The notes under the pieces: model-generated
Seen by the model: only the letters and a program-made list of their open reading frames with translations
Database searches by the model: none
Told to the model about the DNA's origin: nothing
Source of the DNA: Gammaproteobacteria bacterium
GTDB lineage: Bacteria > Pseudomonadota > Gammaproteobacteria > GCF-002020875
DNA length: 56,750 nucleotides
Direction: 5' to 3'
NCBI GenBank assembly: GCA_018648825.1
Contig: JABGQL010000034.1
Location: 1-56,750 of the forward strand
In this document: positions 46,961-56,750 of the stretch, one piece after another
Layout: every line of letters begins with the position of its first letter
Position numbering within the stretch: the stretch's first letter is position 1
Made by a program: the position numbers and the translations under genes

Positions 46961-48118
46961 ATGAACAGATTTTTACGCATACTTCTTCCCGTTATCGTGC
47001 TCGGAAGCAGCATTGCCTTCGGCAAGATGCTGATTGCAACAGCACCAGAAACAGAGCGTAAGCCCCCAAAACCGGTACTACCACTGGTTGAGGTGATAGA
47101 GGTCAGCCCCATTGATTACCCCATCCAACTGCAGAGCCGAGGCACCATCACACCTCAGACACAGGGGGAGCTGGTTGCAGAGATTGCCGGACGCATCACC
47201 GCAACCTCTCCTCACTTCAAGGCGGGTGGCAGCTTCAAGGCGGGGGAGAGACTGATCACCCTCGACCCCACCGACTACCACTATGCAGTCACTATAGCCG
47301 AGGCTGAACAGGCGCAAGCTAACCTAACTCTAGAGAAGAGCCGTGCCGAAGCTGCACAGGCTGAGGCCAACTGGAAGCGGATGAAACTCTCTGCCAAACC
47401 TACGGCACTCACCCTGCACCGCCCCCAGCTGGCACAGGCTGAGGCTGCGCTGGCTGCAGCCAGTGCCAAACTTAAACAGACGAAGCGTGAGTTAACCCGC
47501 ACCCAAATTGTGGCCCCTTATAGTGGACGGCTACTGGAGAAGCGGGTCGACTTGGGGCAGTTTGTCACCCGGGGTGCACCACTGGCAACACTCTATGCTA
47601 CCGATCTGGCAGAGGTACGCCTGCCGATCACCGATCGACAATCCCGTTTTCTTACCCTTCCGGAGTCTGGCATACAGTCCAGGGTGACACTCTCCACCAC
47701 CCATAGCGATCTCCAATGGCAAGGGAGACTGGTGCGCAGTGAGGCAGCCATCGACAGTCGTACACAACAGCTCTACGTAGTGGCCCAGATTGAGAACCCC
47801 TACGCCACGCGTATAGATGGCACAGGTGCGCTGCGTATTGGGCAGTTTGTTCATGCCGAGATTGAGGGCAAGACGCTACAGCAGGTCTATCGAGTACCCC
47901 GCGTTGCGGTACGCAATGGTGATGAGGTGTTGACTGTGGATGACGACAACCAGATCCGCCACCGCACCCTGACCACCATCTGGCAACAGACCGACCAGCT
48001 AATCGTCTCTGCTGGAGTGGAGCCAGGTGACCGTATTGTTACCACCGCACTCCCCTATGCCCCCGAAGGGATGCAGGTCAAAGTCAGCAAAGCAGAGAGC
48101 AGCTTGGCCAAACCATGA
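46961..48118 (+). CDS. RND efflux periplasmic adaptor (membrane fusion protein)
   Basis: N-terminal anchor, coiled-coil hairpin (AEAEQAQANL...AQAEAALAAASAKLKQ) and a beta-barrel C-terminus. The stop overlaps the RND pump start. Confidence 0.85.
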   Translation: MNRFLRILLPVIVLGSSIAFGKMLIATAPETERKPPKPVLPLVEVIEVSPIDYPIQLQSRGTITPQTQGELVAEIAGRITATSPHFKAGGSFKAGERLITLDPTDYHYAVTIAEAEQAQANLTLEKSRAEAAQAEANWKRMKLSAKPTALTLHRPQLAQAEAALAAASAKLKQTKRELTRTQIVAPYSGRLLEKRVDLGQFVTRGAPLATLYATDLAEVRLPITDRQSRFLTLPESGIQSRVTLSTTHSDLQWQGRLVRSEAAIDSRTQQLYVVAQIENPYATRIDGTGALRIGQFVHAEIEGKTLQQVYRVPRVAVRNGDEVLTVDDDNQIRHRTLTTIWQQTDQLIVSAGVEPGDRIVTTALPYAPEGMQVKVSKAESSLAKP

Positions 48119-51100
48119 ACAATCAAGGAGTAATCTCTTGGTTTGCGCGTAATGAGGTTGCGGCCAATCTACTGATGGCTTTTATTGTATTGCTGGGTCT
48201 CTGGACCCTTTCAGAGCGCGTGATCCTAGAGGTCTTCCCCGCCTTTGAGCGAGATCAAATCAATATCGCAGCCAGCTACCGCGGTGCAAGCCCCGCTGAA
48301 ATTGAGAAGGCGGTGCTGTTTCGTATCGAGGATGCGGTGGCTGGACTGGATGGCATCACCGATCTCTACGCTACCGCCTTTGAGGATGCCGGGGTGGTGA
48401 TGATCGAGACGGAGAGCGGTCGCGCCCGTGAGCTACTGGAGGATATCAAGGGCAAGGTGGATGCAATCAGCACCTTCCCCGAGGATGTCGAACGCCCCAC
48501 CTATGCGGTACAGCAGTTCCGTCGACAAGCGATCAGTGTGGTGGTCTCAGGTAACCTCTCAGAGCGTGAGCTACACCAGCTGGGGGATAAGGTGCTGGAT
48601 GACCTCATCGCACTGCCTGAGGTGAATCTGGCAGAACGTGCCGGAGTGCGCCCACTGGAGATGCAGATTGAGGTGGATGAGTTGACACTGGCCCGTCACA
48701 ATCTCACCTTCGACGAGGTGGTACAGGCGATCAGCAACCACTCTGCAGATATTCCTGCCGGAACGCTGAAGAGCCACAACAGCGAGATCGTACTACGTAC
48801 ACAGGGCCAGCTCTATGCAGGACGGGAGTTTTCCGAGATTCCTATTCGCGCCTACCCCGATGGTAGCCAGCTGACGCTGGGTGAACTGGCAACGGTACAC
48901 GACGGCTTTGAAGAGAACCCTCTCTTCTCTGAGTTTAATGGCAAGCCAGCGGTGATGATTGATGTCTATCGAAGCGGACAGCAGAGTGTGCTCGATGTGA
49001 GCCGTGCGGTACGTAACTATATCGATAAGAGCCACACCAGCATGCCGCAAGGGATCAAGCTCGGTTACTGGCGTGACCGCGCTCGCATCGTACAGCTGCG
49101 CCTCAACACACTAATCAATAGCGCATGGCAAGGCGGGCTATTGGTCTTTCTCTGTCTAACCCTATTCCTGCGGCTCTCGGTCGCCTTCTGGGTCTGTGTT
49201 GGCATACCCATCAGTTTTCTCGGTGCACTGGCACTGCTACCCGAGGTGGGGATCTCCCTCAACATCATCAGCCTCTTCGCCTTTATCCTAGTACTCGGCA
49301 TTGTGGTGGATGATGCCATCATCACCGGAGAGAATATCTACGCCCATCTACAACGGGCAGAGTCCTCTCTGGAGGCCGCCATTCAGGGGACCCGTGAGGT
49401 GGCTGTGCCTGTCACTTTTGGGCTGCTGACTACACTTGCCGCCTTCCTCCCGCTATTCTTTATTGAGGGGCGACGCGGCTCACTGTTTGCCCAGATCCCG
49501 ATGGTCATTGTACCGGTACTGGTCTTCTCCTGGATCGAATCCAAGCTCATCCTCCCTGCCCACTTGCGCCATATCCGCATGCGCAGCCAAAACACTCCCG
49601 GCCTATTGACACGCATGCAGCAGGGGGTCGCCGATGGGCTGGAGCGCGGCATTGTGCGCTTCTATCAGCCGCTACTGCAGCGTGCACTACATAACCGTTA
49701 CCTTACGGTGGCCCTGTTTATCGGCATCACCATCATCATCATCAGCTATGTCGCCAGTGGTCGCTATGGGTTTAGCTTCTTCCCTCGTGTAGCCACCGAG
49801 ACCGCCCGTGCCACGCTGGTGATGCAGCCCGGTACACCCGCCCATATCACCGAGGGACATATTCGTCGGATGGAGGCGGCTGCACGCAAACTGCAACTGA
49901 AACATACCGACCCTGCGACAGGCAGCTCTATCATCCACAACGTACTGATCAGTGTTGGTTGGAAAGCAGGCAACATGCACAAACGCGATGCTGCTGGACA
50001 ATCCGAGTTGGGGCAGGTGAGTCTGGAGCTGATCCCACCGGAAGAGCGCACACTACCGGTGACAACCAAACAGCTGGTTAAACAGTGGCGCAACGCCATC
50101 GGCACCATTCCCGGATCACAAGAGCTGAACTACCGCGCAGAGATTGGGCGTGGGGGTAATCCAATTGATGTGCAGTTGACTGGCGATGACTTCCCTATGC
50201 TGGGGGTTGCCGCCGCTCGTGTGCGCCAGCGGCTGGCAGAGTATCCGGGGCTATTTGATATTCAGGATAACTTTGAGAACGGCAAACCCGAAGTACGGCT
50301 AACACTGAAGGCAGAGGCCGAGAAGCTTGGAATCACAACACAAGAGTTGGGACGACAGGTACGACAAGCCTTCTTTGGTGCAGAGGTACAGCGCATACAG
50401 CGCGGGCGTGATGATGTACGGGTGATTGTGCGCTACCCCAAAGAGCAGCGCAGTTCACTCGATACACTGGAGACCATGCGCCTGCGTACGGCCGATGGTT
50501 TTGAGGTGCCAATTGGTAATGTGGCCGAGTTTACCCATGGGCGCTCTTTCTCTGAGATCTCTCGCATTGACCGTAAACGGGCGATCAACGTCACTGCGGA
50601 TCTGGATAAGAAGAAGGTCGACACCAACCAGATTCGTCGCGATCTGGAGCCATTTCTTATGGAGTTGGAACAGGAGTATCCCGGCCTTAAGAGCAGTCTG
50701 GAGGGGGAGCTGAAAGAGCAGGATCGCTCCTTCGGCAGCCTCTTCTACGGCACCTTACTCGCCTTCGCGGCAATCTACGCCCTGCTCGCCATCCCACTAC
50801 GCTCCTGGAGCCAACCTGTACTGGTGATGCTGGTGATCCCCTTTAGTATTGTTGGCGCACTGTTGGGCCATATGGCGTTGGGGCTCAACCTCAGCATCGT
50901 CAGCATTATGGGGATGTTGGCACTGGGTGGCGTGGTGGTGAACGACAGCCTGATTCTGGTGGAGTGGATCAATCGTAAGGTACACAGTGGAATGAGTATC
51001 CATGATGCAGTCCGTAGTGCCGGCGTGGCCCGCTTCCGCCCTATCCTACTCACCTCACTCACCACCTTCTTTGGGCTGACCCCGCTGATTTTGGAGAAGA

Positions 51101-51249
51101 GTACACAGGCACAGTTTCTGATCCCGATGGCGGTATCACTGGGGTTTGGTATTCTCTATGCGACACTGATCAGCTTGATTCTGATTCCTGCGGGGTATCT
51201 GATCCTTCAGGATTTATTGGGGTCATCCTCTTCGCCAAAGAGGCCATAA
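48115..51249 (+). CDS. RND-family efflux permease (AcrB/AcrD/AcrF superfamily)
   Basis: 1044 aa, 12-TM pseudo-repeat architecture, GIVVDDAII and VVNDSLILVE motifs. Confidence 0.93.
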   Translation: MNNQGVISWFARNEVAANLLMAFIVLLGLWTLSERVILEVFPAFERDQINIAASYRGASPAEIEKAVLFRIEDAVAGLDGITDLYATAFEDAGVVMIETESGRARELLEDIKGKVDAISTFPEDVERPTYAVQQFRRQAISVVVSGNLSERELHQLGDKVLDDLIALPEVNLAERAGVRPLEMQIEVDELTLARHNLTFDEVVQAISNHSADIPAGTLKSHNSEIVLRTQGQLYAGREFSEIPIRAYPDGSQLTLGELATVHDGFEENPLFSEFNGKPAVMIDVYRSGQQSVLDVSRAVRNYIDKSHTSMPQGIKLGYWRDRARIVQLRLNTLINSAWQGGLLVFLCLTLFLRLSVAFWVCVGIPISFLGALALLPEVGISLNIISLFAFILVLGIVVDDAIITGENIYAHLQRAESSLEAAIQGTREVAVPVTFGLLTTLAAFLPLFFIEGRRGSLFAQIPMVIVPVLVFSWIESKLILPAHLRHIRMRSQNTPGLLTRMQQGVADGLERGIVRFYQPLLQRALHNRYLTVALFIGITIIIISYVASGRYGFSFFPRVATETARATLVMQPGTPAHITEGHIRRMEAAARKLQLKHTDPATGSSIIHNVLISVGWKAGNMHKRDAAGQSELGQVSLELIPPEERTLPVTTKQLVKQWRNAIGTIPGSQELNYRAEIGRGGNPIDVQLTGDDFPMLGVAAARVRQRLAEYPGLFDIQDNFENGKPEVRLTLKAEAEKLGITTQELGRQVRQAFFGAEVQRIQRGRDDVRVIVRYPKEQRSSLDTLETMRLRTADGFEVPIGNVAEFTHGRSFSEISRIDRKRAINVTADLDKKKVDTNQIRRDLEPFLMELEQEYPGLKSSLEGELKEQDRSFGSLFYGTLLAFAAIYALLAIPLRSWSQPVLVMLVIPFSIVGALLGHMALGLNLSIVSIMGMLALGGVVVNDSLILVEWINRKVHSGMSIHDAVRSAGVARFRPILLTSLTTFFGLTPLILEKSTQAQFLIPMAVSLGFGILYATLISLILIPAGYLILQDLLGSSSSPKRP

Positions 51250-51250
51250 A

Positions 51251-51757
51251 CTACCCACCATACACTGCGGACAAAATCGGCTCAGTTAAGGCCTTACGCA
51301 ATGTAACAGGAGGGGCATCTCCTCTGAACAGATAGCTGCGTGGTGTCTCACCATACCATGTTGGATCAATTTCAAAACGTAGTCGATCAACATTAGAGTC
51401 CGCAAAAATCCAGTTATCCAGCTCAAGCAATCTATATTGATTCAACAACTGTATTATCGACTCACGATCTTGGTAATCATCAACTGCAACCAGAATGAAC
51501 TTATAATTGGGACTGTTACCTTTGATATCTGCAATCAGCTCCAGCTCTTCCAGACAAGGGGGGCAGTCTACAGACCAAAGTACCACAACAAAATCATTGC
51601 CCCGATTTCCCTCTATGATGCTCTGGTAACTACCCTTTACAAAAGGTTGAATGTGGTTGGCAATAGCATGTTCCGCATATCCAAGAAATACTATAAAAAA
51701 CAGCATAAATAAAAACCCACGCTTCAAACAGATACTATTTTTCCACATTGAGATCAC
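51251..51757 (-). CDS. Thioredoxin-fold protein with CPPC motif (TlpA/redoxin-like), membrane-anchored or secreted
   Basis: N-terminal hydrophobic segment and VVLWSVDCPPCLEE. Overlaps the upstream BNR gene by 23 nt. Confidence 0.6.
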   Translation of the reverse strand: MISMWKNSICLKRGFLFMLFFIVFLGYAEHAIANHIQPFVKGSYQSIIEGNRGNDFVVVLWSVDCPPCLEELELIADIKGNSPNYKFILVAVDDYQDRESIIQLLNQYRLLELDNWIFADSNVDRLRFEIDPTWYGETPRSYLFRGDAPPVTLRKALTEPILSAVYGG

Positions 51758-52976
51758 CTAAAGGTATCAGCTGAAATCCGCTATGGTCTGTTTTAAAAAA
51801 GAGATAAGGGGTATTCTCATATTGCAACAGCTGTGGATAGTCTACATTTCCTGACAAAGTAGCAACTTTAGTTGGTACTCCCCAGCTCTCTCCTCGATCT
51901 CCAGAGCGGTTAATCATCATATTCACCTGCTCCCCATCAAACTCTTTCCATGCCAGATAAATGCTGTTATCGAGCGCCAACACGTTTGGGTGAGATGCCC
52001 GCTGACTGTAATTACCAAAGTTATAAGGTACAGAAAAAGTCTCACCCTTATCTGTTGAAAATGCATAGAACAGCCCATGCTTCTCCTCGGCATTATTAAA
52101 CCAGACCGCATGATAAGTTCCATCCTCAACACGGATATCTGGCCCATGGTGTGGGCAACCATCAATTTTCCACTGCTCATGGGTTGCCCGCTGCGGTACA
52201 CTGAACTGGCTGTTACTGGTAAAACTTGTGATCGCATGGTCTCGAATATTGTCCCCGTAGATATTCCTCCACATCACAACTGGCAGCTGATTTTCATCAA
52301 GGTCCATGGTGACACGGCAGCATTCGCAGCTATGGTCAATGATCTTTATATTGGGCTGGAAGTTGAGTTCATCAGGGTTACGCCAACTGTAATAGATAGC
52401 AGCACCCCTGTATTTTCCACCACTGGCTCGCACCCTTTCTCGGTCACGCTTATCAACCCATGCCAGATAGACATGACCATCGTCTGAGACCTGCATGGTA
52501 TCAAAGCGGTGTCCAATCAGGTCCCGATTATCATTGACGGTAACTGGGGTAGTGAAGTTCACTCCATAATCACTGGAACTACTAAATCGCACATTACCGG
52601 TATATTTTTTCTCCAGTGCCGTGGTCCATGAGATATAGATCCCCTCACCTTTATCAAAGGCGATCTTAGGTCGATTCTCACCCCTTGCGGAGATATTTTC
52701 TGGTACTGGATTGATTGATATGGGTTGTGAATAGCTCACTCCCTTATCATCTGAGTAGTTGACATAGATATGTCCACCAAATGCCCAAGCAGACCATAGA
52801 CGGCCTCTTGAATCAAACTTTGCGCTGGGGGCTTGTGCACATTGTAGAGTGGGGAAGTTGCATACTGTTTCTGCTGTATGCTCTGAATGATCTCCTGCCG
52901 CCAAGGCCGCAAATGGAAATAGGATCAGCAGTAGTTTAGAGCAGAAGCGTTGTACTGTTGTTATATAGATATTCAC
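51735..52976 (-). CDS. Secreted BNR/Asp-box beta-propeller (sialidase-fold) protein with Cys/His motifs
   Basis: Signal peptide. Four Asp-boxes (SDDKGVSY, SSDYGVNF, STDKGETF, SGDRGESW). Also HSCECCR and DGCPHHGP. Confidence 0.65.
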   Translation of the reverse strand: MNIYITTVQRFCSKLLLILFPFAALAAGDHSEHTAETVCNFPTLQCAQAPSAKFDSRGRLWSAWAFGGHIYVNYSDDKGVSYSQPISINPVPENISARGENRPKIAFDKGEGIYISWTTALEKKYTGNVRFSSSSDYGVNFTTPVTVNDNRDLIGHRFDTMQVSDDGHVYLAWVDKRDRERVRASGGKYRGAAIYYSWRNPDELNFQPNIKIIDHSCECCRVTMDLDENQLPVVMWRNIYGDNIRDHAITSFTSNSQFSVPQRATHEQWKIDGCPHHGPDIRVEDGTYHAVWFNNAEEKHGLFYAFSTDKGETFSVPYNFGNYSQRASHPNVLALDNSIYLAWKEFDGEQVNMMINRSGDRGESWGVPTKVATLSGNVDYPQLLQYENTPYLFFKTDHSGFQLIPLGDLNVEK

Positions 52977-53071
52977 GGTATCACCTCAATATCTTGCATA
53001 GTTGGTTTGTTAATCCAAGGCTAGATTATGGCAATCCAGCCCCGGAGATTGATCATTGCAGGAATATTCCG

Positions 53072-55138
53072 TTATTTAAACTTGTACTCCAGACCAACAA
53101 ACAATTGACGGGGTGCCGCAGGGGTATATTTCTCTTTACCATAGCTATAGCTGGCACTCTCTGCATAGATTTTATCCGTAAGGTTATTGATCTTTGCAAA
53201 CAGGCTTAAATCACCCTCAGGTTTATAGGATAATTTAAGGTGGCCCACATCATAACCTTCATAAGAGACCGTATGAGAATCATCCATCCAATACTCACCT
53301 ACATGCTCCCACTCCAACATGGCTGTTAATTTATTGAGCTGCTTAGGAGTATATGTCAGGCGTAGATTCATCGTATGATTAGGCGCAGCAGCTTGTTCAT
53401 TATCACCATAAGAGGTGTCATTTTTATAATGATGTTTTGAGTAACTGTATGCCAACTTACTCTTAAACTGCTCTGAAATTCTGGATAAAAGTGACAATTC
53501 AACACCCTTATGAACAGAGCTATCTCCATTTACATAGTACCTGTCTCCATTACCATTCTCTCGACGAACAATCGTATCTTTAATTGTCATATGATAGATT
53601 GAACCCCCTATTTCATGTTGAGCAGTTGCTATCTTATAGCCCACCTCATAGCTGTCCGTTTTTTCAGGATCCAGAGTAAATGCAATATTATCTGTCGTCA
53701 GAGAGTAGAGGCGTGATGCGGAGGGAATTCTAAAACCATTGGCATAACGTACATAAATTAACTCGTTTTCATCAAGTTTATAGGAAAGATCCAACTTAGG
53801 ACTTAAGTGACGAAAATCTGGATCATTATTATCAGCTGCTCTTGAGTAGCTGGAGGCCGCATACTGGCCATCTGCTAGGTTGTTAGTATAATCAAAACCA
53901 CTGGCATCATAACGAAGTCCGCCTGCCAACTGTAATTTTCTTGTTATATCATGCTCAACCCGTGCATAGGGTGCAATCGAATAGAAATCAACATCATAAT
54001 CATAGATACTGCCAGCAGCCACTGAGCTCCCCCACCCTGATGGCGTATAGTTAAATAACTGAACATACTCTTTACTAGCCTGTGTATACTCAACGTCCAG
54101 CCCAGTAATATAACGAAAATCACCTTTATCAATATCAGCCTTCAGCATTATTCCCAGAGATTTCTCTTTTGAATCATTCTGAGGAAGGTTATTTTCCCAA
54201 GTGGTCGTATAACGATTACGTGTATTTCTCAAATAACCAATGGTACTAATCTGAGTATCATCACTGTAATCATGGCGCCACTCTGTTCCCAAGCGAAGGA
54301 AATCAAACTTCCGTTTCATATCAACTAAGCTTAGGCTGGACTCAACATCACCCACATAAGTCGGATTACTATTCAGTTGAGCAAGGCCAATCAAACTACC
54401 CGCCATTTCAGCAACTGACTTATTAAACGAAAAAGTGGTATTTAACTCATTTCGATCATCAACATCATATACATGCTTAAAGGTAAGCTCATCTCTAGTA
54501 TGCGCAGTATGATCACGCCAGCCATCACTATCTGCATGAGATGCATCCACAGCGACACCAGTATCTGGTTGAATCTGACTACCACCAGAGGCCGTCAGAC
54601 GTTTAAATCCATCACTTCCCGCTTCAACCTTTACTGAGTAGACTTCCTTTTCCGGGACATCCTTTGAAAGTACATTGATAGTACCTGCCACGGAATCAGA
54701 ACCATACAGCGCAGTGCCTGTTCCCTTCAATACCTCTGTGGTACCGGATGAAGAGTAGTTGGTATAGGCAAGTCCATTATGGTTAAAGAATCCAGGTGAT
54801 TGAACAGGAATACCATCTTGCAGGAATAGATAGTATGCCGCAGTATTTTCCGGCATACGAATACTGGTCTTATGCCCAATGGTTGATCCAGTCTGGGTAA
54901 CACGAACCCCCGCAATGGAACTAAACAGCTCTCTCTGTAATATTGGAGCATCCAGCTCAATTTCATCCTGATCTTTTACGCCAATATTTGCCGCAACATC
55001 GGTATTGATCTGCTCTACACGGGTTGCGGTTACCGTTACTGTGTTCATTACCGAACCACTTTCTCCCATGCTTTCTGCAAATGCAGTATGTCCATATATG
55101 GCAGTCAGGATTGCTAAACTAATTGATGTTCTTTTCAT
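53072..55138 (-). CDS. TonB-dependent outer-membrane receptor
   Basis: Signal peptide, TonB-box-like VTVTATR, plug (VLKGTGTALYGSDSVAGTINV) and a beta-barrel ending ...FVGLEYKFK. Confidence 0.9.
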   Translation of the reverse strand: MKRTSISLAILTAIYGHTAFAESMGESGSVMNTVTVTATRVEQINTDVAANIGVKDQDEIELDAPILQRELFSSIAGVRVTQTGSTIGHKTSIRMPENTAAYYLFLQDGIPVQSPGFFNHNGLAYTNYSSSGTTEVLKGTGTALYGSDSVAGTINVLSKDVPEKEVYSVKVEAGSDGFKRLTASGGSQIQPDTGVAVDASHADSDGWRDHTAHTRDELTFKHVYDVDDRNELNTTFSFNKSVAEMAGSLIGLAQLNSNPTYVGDVESSLSLVDMKRKFDFLRLGTEWRHDYSDDTQISTIGYLRNTRNRYTTTWENNLPQNDSKEKSLGIMLKADIDKGDFRYITGLDVEYTQASKEYVQLFNYTPSGWGSSVAAGSIYDYDVDFYSIAPYARVEHDITRKLQLAGGLRYDASGFDYTNNLADGQYAASSYSRAADNNDPDFRHLSPKLDLSYKLDENELIYVRYANGFRIPSASRLYSLTTDNIAFTLDPEKTDSYEVGYKIATAQHEIGGSIYHMTIKDTIVRRENGNGDRYYVNGDSSVHKGVELSLLSRISEQFKSKLAYSYSKHHYKNDTSYGDNEQAAAPNHTMNLRLTYTPKQLNKLTAMLEWEHVGEYWMDDSHTVSYEGYDVGHLKLSYKPEGDLSLFAKINNLTDKIYAESASYSYGKEKYTPAAPRQLFVGLEYKFK

Positions 55139-55186
55139 TACTTTTCCTTGATTAAATAATATGATTAGAAATATCTCAATGACTCC

Positions 55187-55621
55187 TTATTGAGATGAAC
55201 TGGGAGATTGGGTGGCAAATGCCAAGCGGGTGATCCCACTGGCACGTACTATTGAAAGGAGCTGTGCAACTGACTGGTAATCCGTCTCTGCATCCGCACC
55301 AATTCGTACCACTAGCTCTGGGCTCTCTTCTTTAGAGGTACGTAACTGCGTCATCAGTTGAGCACTATCAGTAGCGGTACCTTGATAGAAGAGCTGCCCC
55401 TCATCATCTAGGGTTAGATCAATCACTACCGGATCACTATCAGCCTCAGCAATGGCCTTGGGCAGATCTACACGAATCGATTGTGAGAACACTGGCGCTA
55501 CGATGATAAAGATCACCAACAGCACTAGCATCACATCGACCAAGGGGGTGACATTAATCTCAGAGAGTGGCGTTTCGTGGTCACCACTATTAAGAGATGC
55601 GGCCATTGCTCCCTCCTTCAC
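55187..55621 (-). CDS. exbD: Biopolymer transport protein ExbD/TolR
   Basis: EINVTPLVDVMLVLLVIF and a periplasmic domain. Overlaps exbB. Confidence 0.85.
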   Translation of the reverse strand: MKEGAMAASLNSGDHETPLSEINVTPLVDVMLVLLVIFIIVAPVFSQSIRVDLPKAIAEADSDPVVIDLTLDDEGQLFYQGTATDSAQLMTQLRTSKEESPELVVRIGADAETDYQSVAQLLSIVRASGITRLAFATQSPSSSQ

Positions 55622-56258
55622 TGAAGAGGATCACATCACACATCTCTCGTAGATTGCCTGCGGTCATGCTGCTAATACGGCGTAGCCAACGGACCAACAG
55701 GTTGTACGCTGCAGCTGCTGGAATTGCCGCAAACAGCCCTACTGCAGTGGCTACCAGCGCCTCAGAGACAGGGCCTGCAACCATATCCATGCTCAACATT
55801 GCACTCCCACCCAGAGATTGAAGGGCATGCATAATGCCCCAAACCGTACCCAGTAGACCGATAAAGGGGGCCGAGTTTCCAATAATGGCCAACACGATCA
55901 GTCCATTTTCCAGATCAACCCGTCGCTCATCTAGAAACTGGGCGGCGCGCGTCTCTAACTCAATTTTCCGTTGTCCACGATCCTCGCTATGCTGTTGGGT
56001 AGCATAACGTGCGAGAAACGGGTAACTAATAGATTGTAGAGGCAGCAGCTCAACAAGCGTGGAGGCGCACATCCCTTCATCACGCATCAACAACTGACGC
56101 ACCTGTTTCTCTCTTTTGAGCACGGAGCGATAGTGGCTGATCTTATAGACAATCACACTCCACCCCCCCACAGAGAGGCTAATCAGTGTGATAAAGACCG
56201 CACGAATCACCAGATCAGAGTCACTCCACCAGTTTGTCCATAATGAACCTTCCATCAC
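55590..56258 (-). CDS. exbB: MotA/TolQ/ExbB proton channel protein
   Basis: Three TM helices and IGNSAPFIGLLGTVWGI...AL. Confidence 0.85.
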   Translation of the reverse strand: MMEGSLWTNWWSDSDLVIRAVFITLISLSVGGWSVIVYKISHYRSVLKREKQVRQLLMRDEGMCASTLVELLPLQSISYPFLARYATQQHSEDRGQRKIELETRAAQFLDERRVDLENGLIVLAIIGNSAPFIGLLGTVWGIMHALQSLGGSAMLSMDMVAGPVSEALVATAVGLFAAIPAAAAYNLLVRWLRRISSMTAGNLREMCDVILFSEGGSNGRIS

Positions 56259-56312
56259 CGCTTTACTCCTTTTATTAACATCTGTTGTCCATCTCTCTTC
56301 TTCATCTTATTT

Positions 56313-56750
<438 letters not shown>

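Overview
This window looks like a gammaproteobacterial chromosomal segment with roughly balanced GC by eye. I found no rRNA, tRNA, CRISPR array, transposase or integrase. Most of it is housekeeping DNA in recognisable synteny:
- glyA-nrdR-ribD ... ribE-ribBA-ribH-nusB-thiL
- pilQ-aroK-aroB
- adk, hemE, rpmE
- rho-trxA next to divergent rhlB
- mnmG, mlaA
- glnK-amtB with a sigma-54/NtrC-type control region

Accessory modules are interleaved with these genes:
1. A 5.4-kb co-oriented signalling block is inserted between ribD and ribE. It encodes an H-NOX protein, a histidine kinase, a receiver-only regulator, a cytochrome P460-like periplasmic heme protein and a chemoreceptor with an Aer2-like PAS signature. 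The kinase 5' end is frameshifted by a 7-bp tandem duplication.
2. A tandemly duplicated promoter+leader+gene unit encodes two small secreted Gly/Ala/Asp/Asn-rich proteins with high-expression-type codon usage.
3. Rho carries a roughly 140-aa N-terminal low-complexity extension that includes a Q/N-rich tract.
4. A REC / degenerate GGDEF / EAL / hemerythrin protein sits next to a second chemoreceptor.
5. An RND efflux system has its outer-membrane factor gene displaced by about 4 kb.
6. A TonB/ExbB/ExbD plus TonB-dependent receptor locus is linked to a secreted BNR beta-propeller with Cys/His motifs and to a CPPC thioredoxin-fold protein.

Several non-coding structures are not explained by the genes:
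- a roughly 170-bp imperfect palindrome, whose 18-nt core recurs about 30 kb away
- a roughly 200-nt inverted repeat that fills the glnK-amtB spacer
- a promoter + three-hairpin + terminator unit that looks like an sRNA or cis-leader
- a hairpin with a G-quadruplex-type tract upstream of hemE

All functional calls rest on motif recognition by eye. No database search was run.
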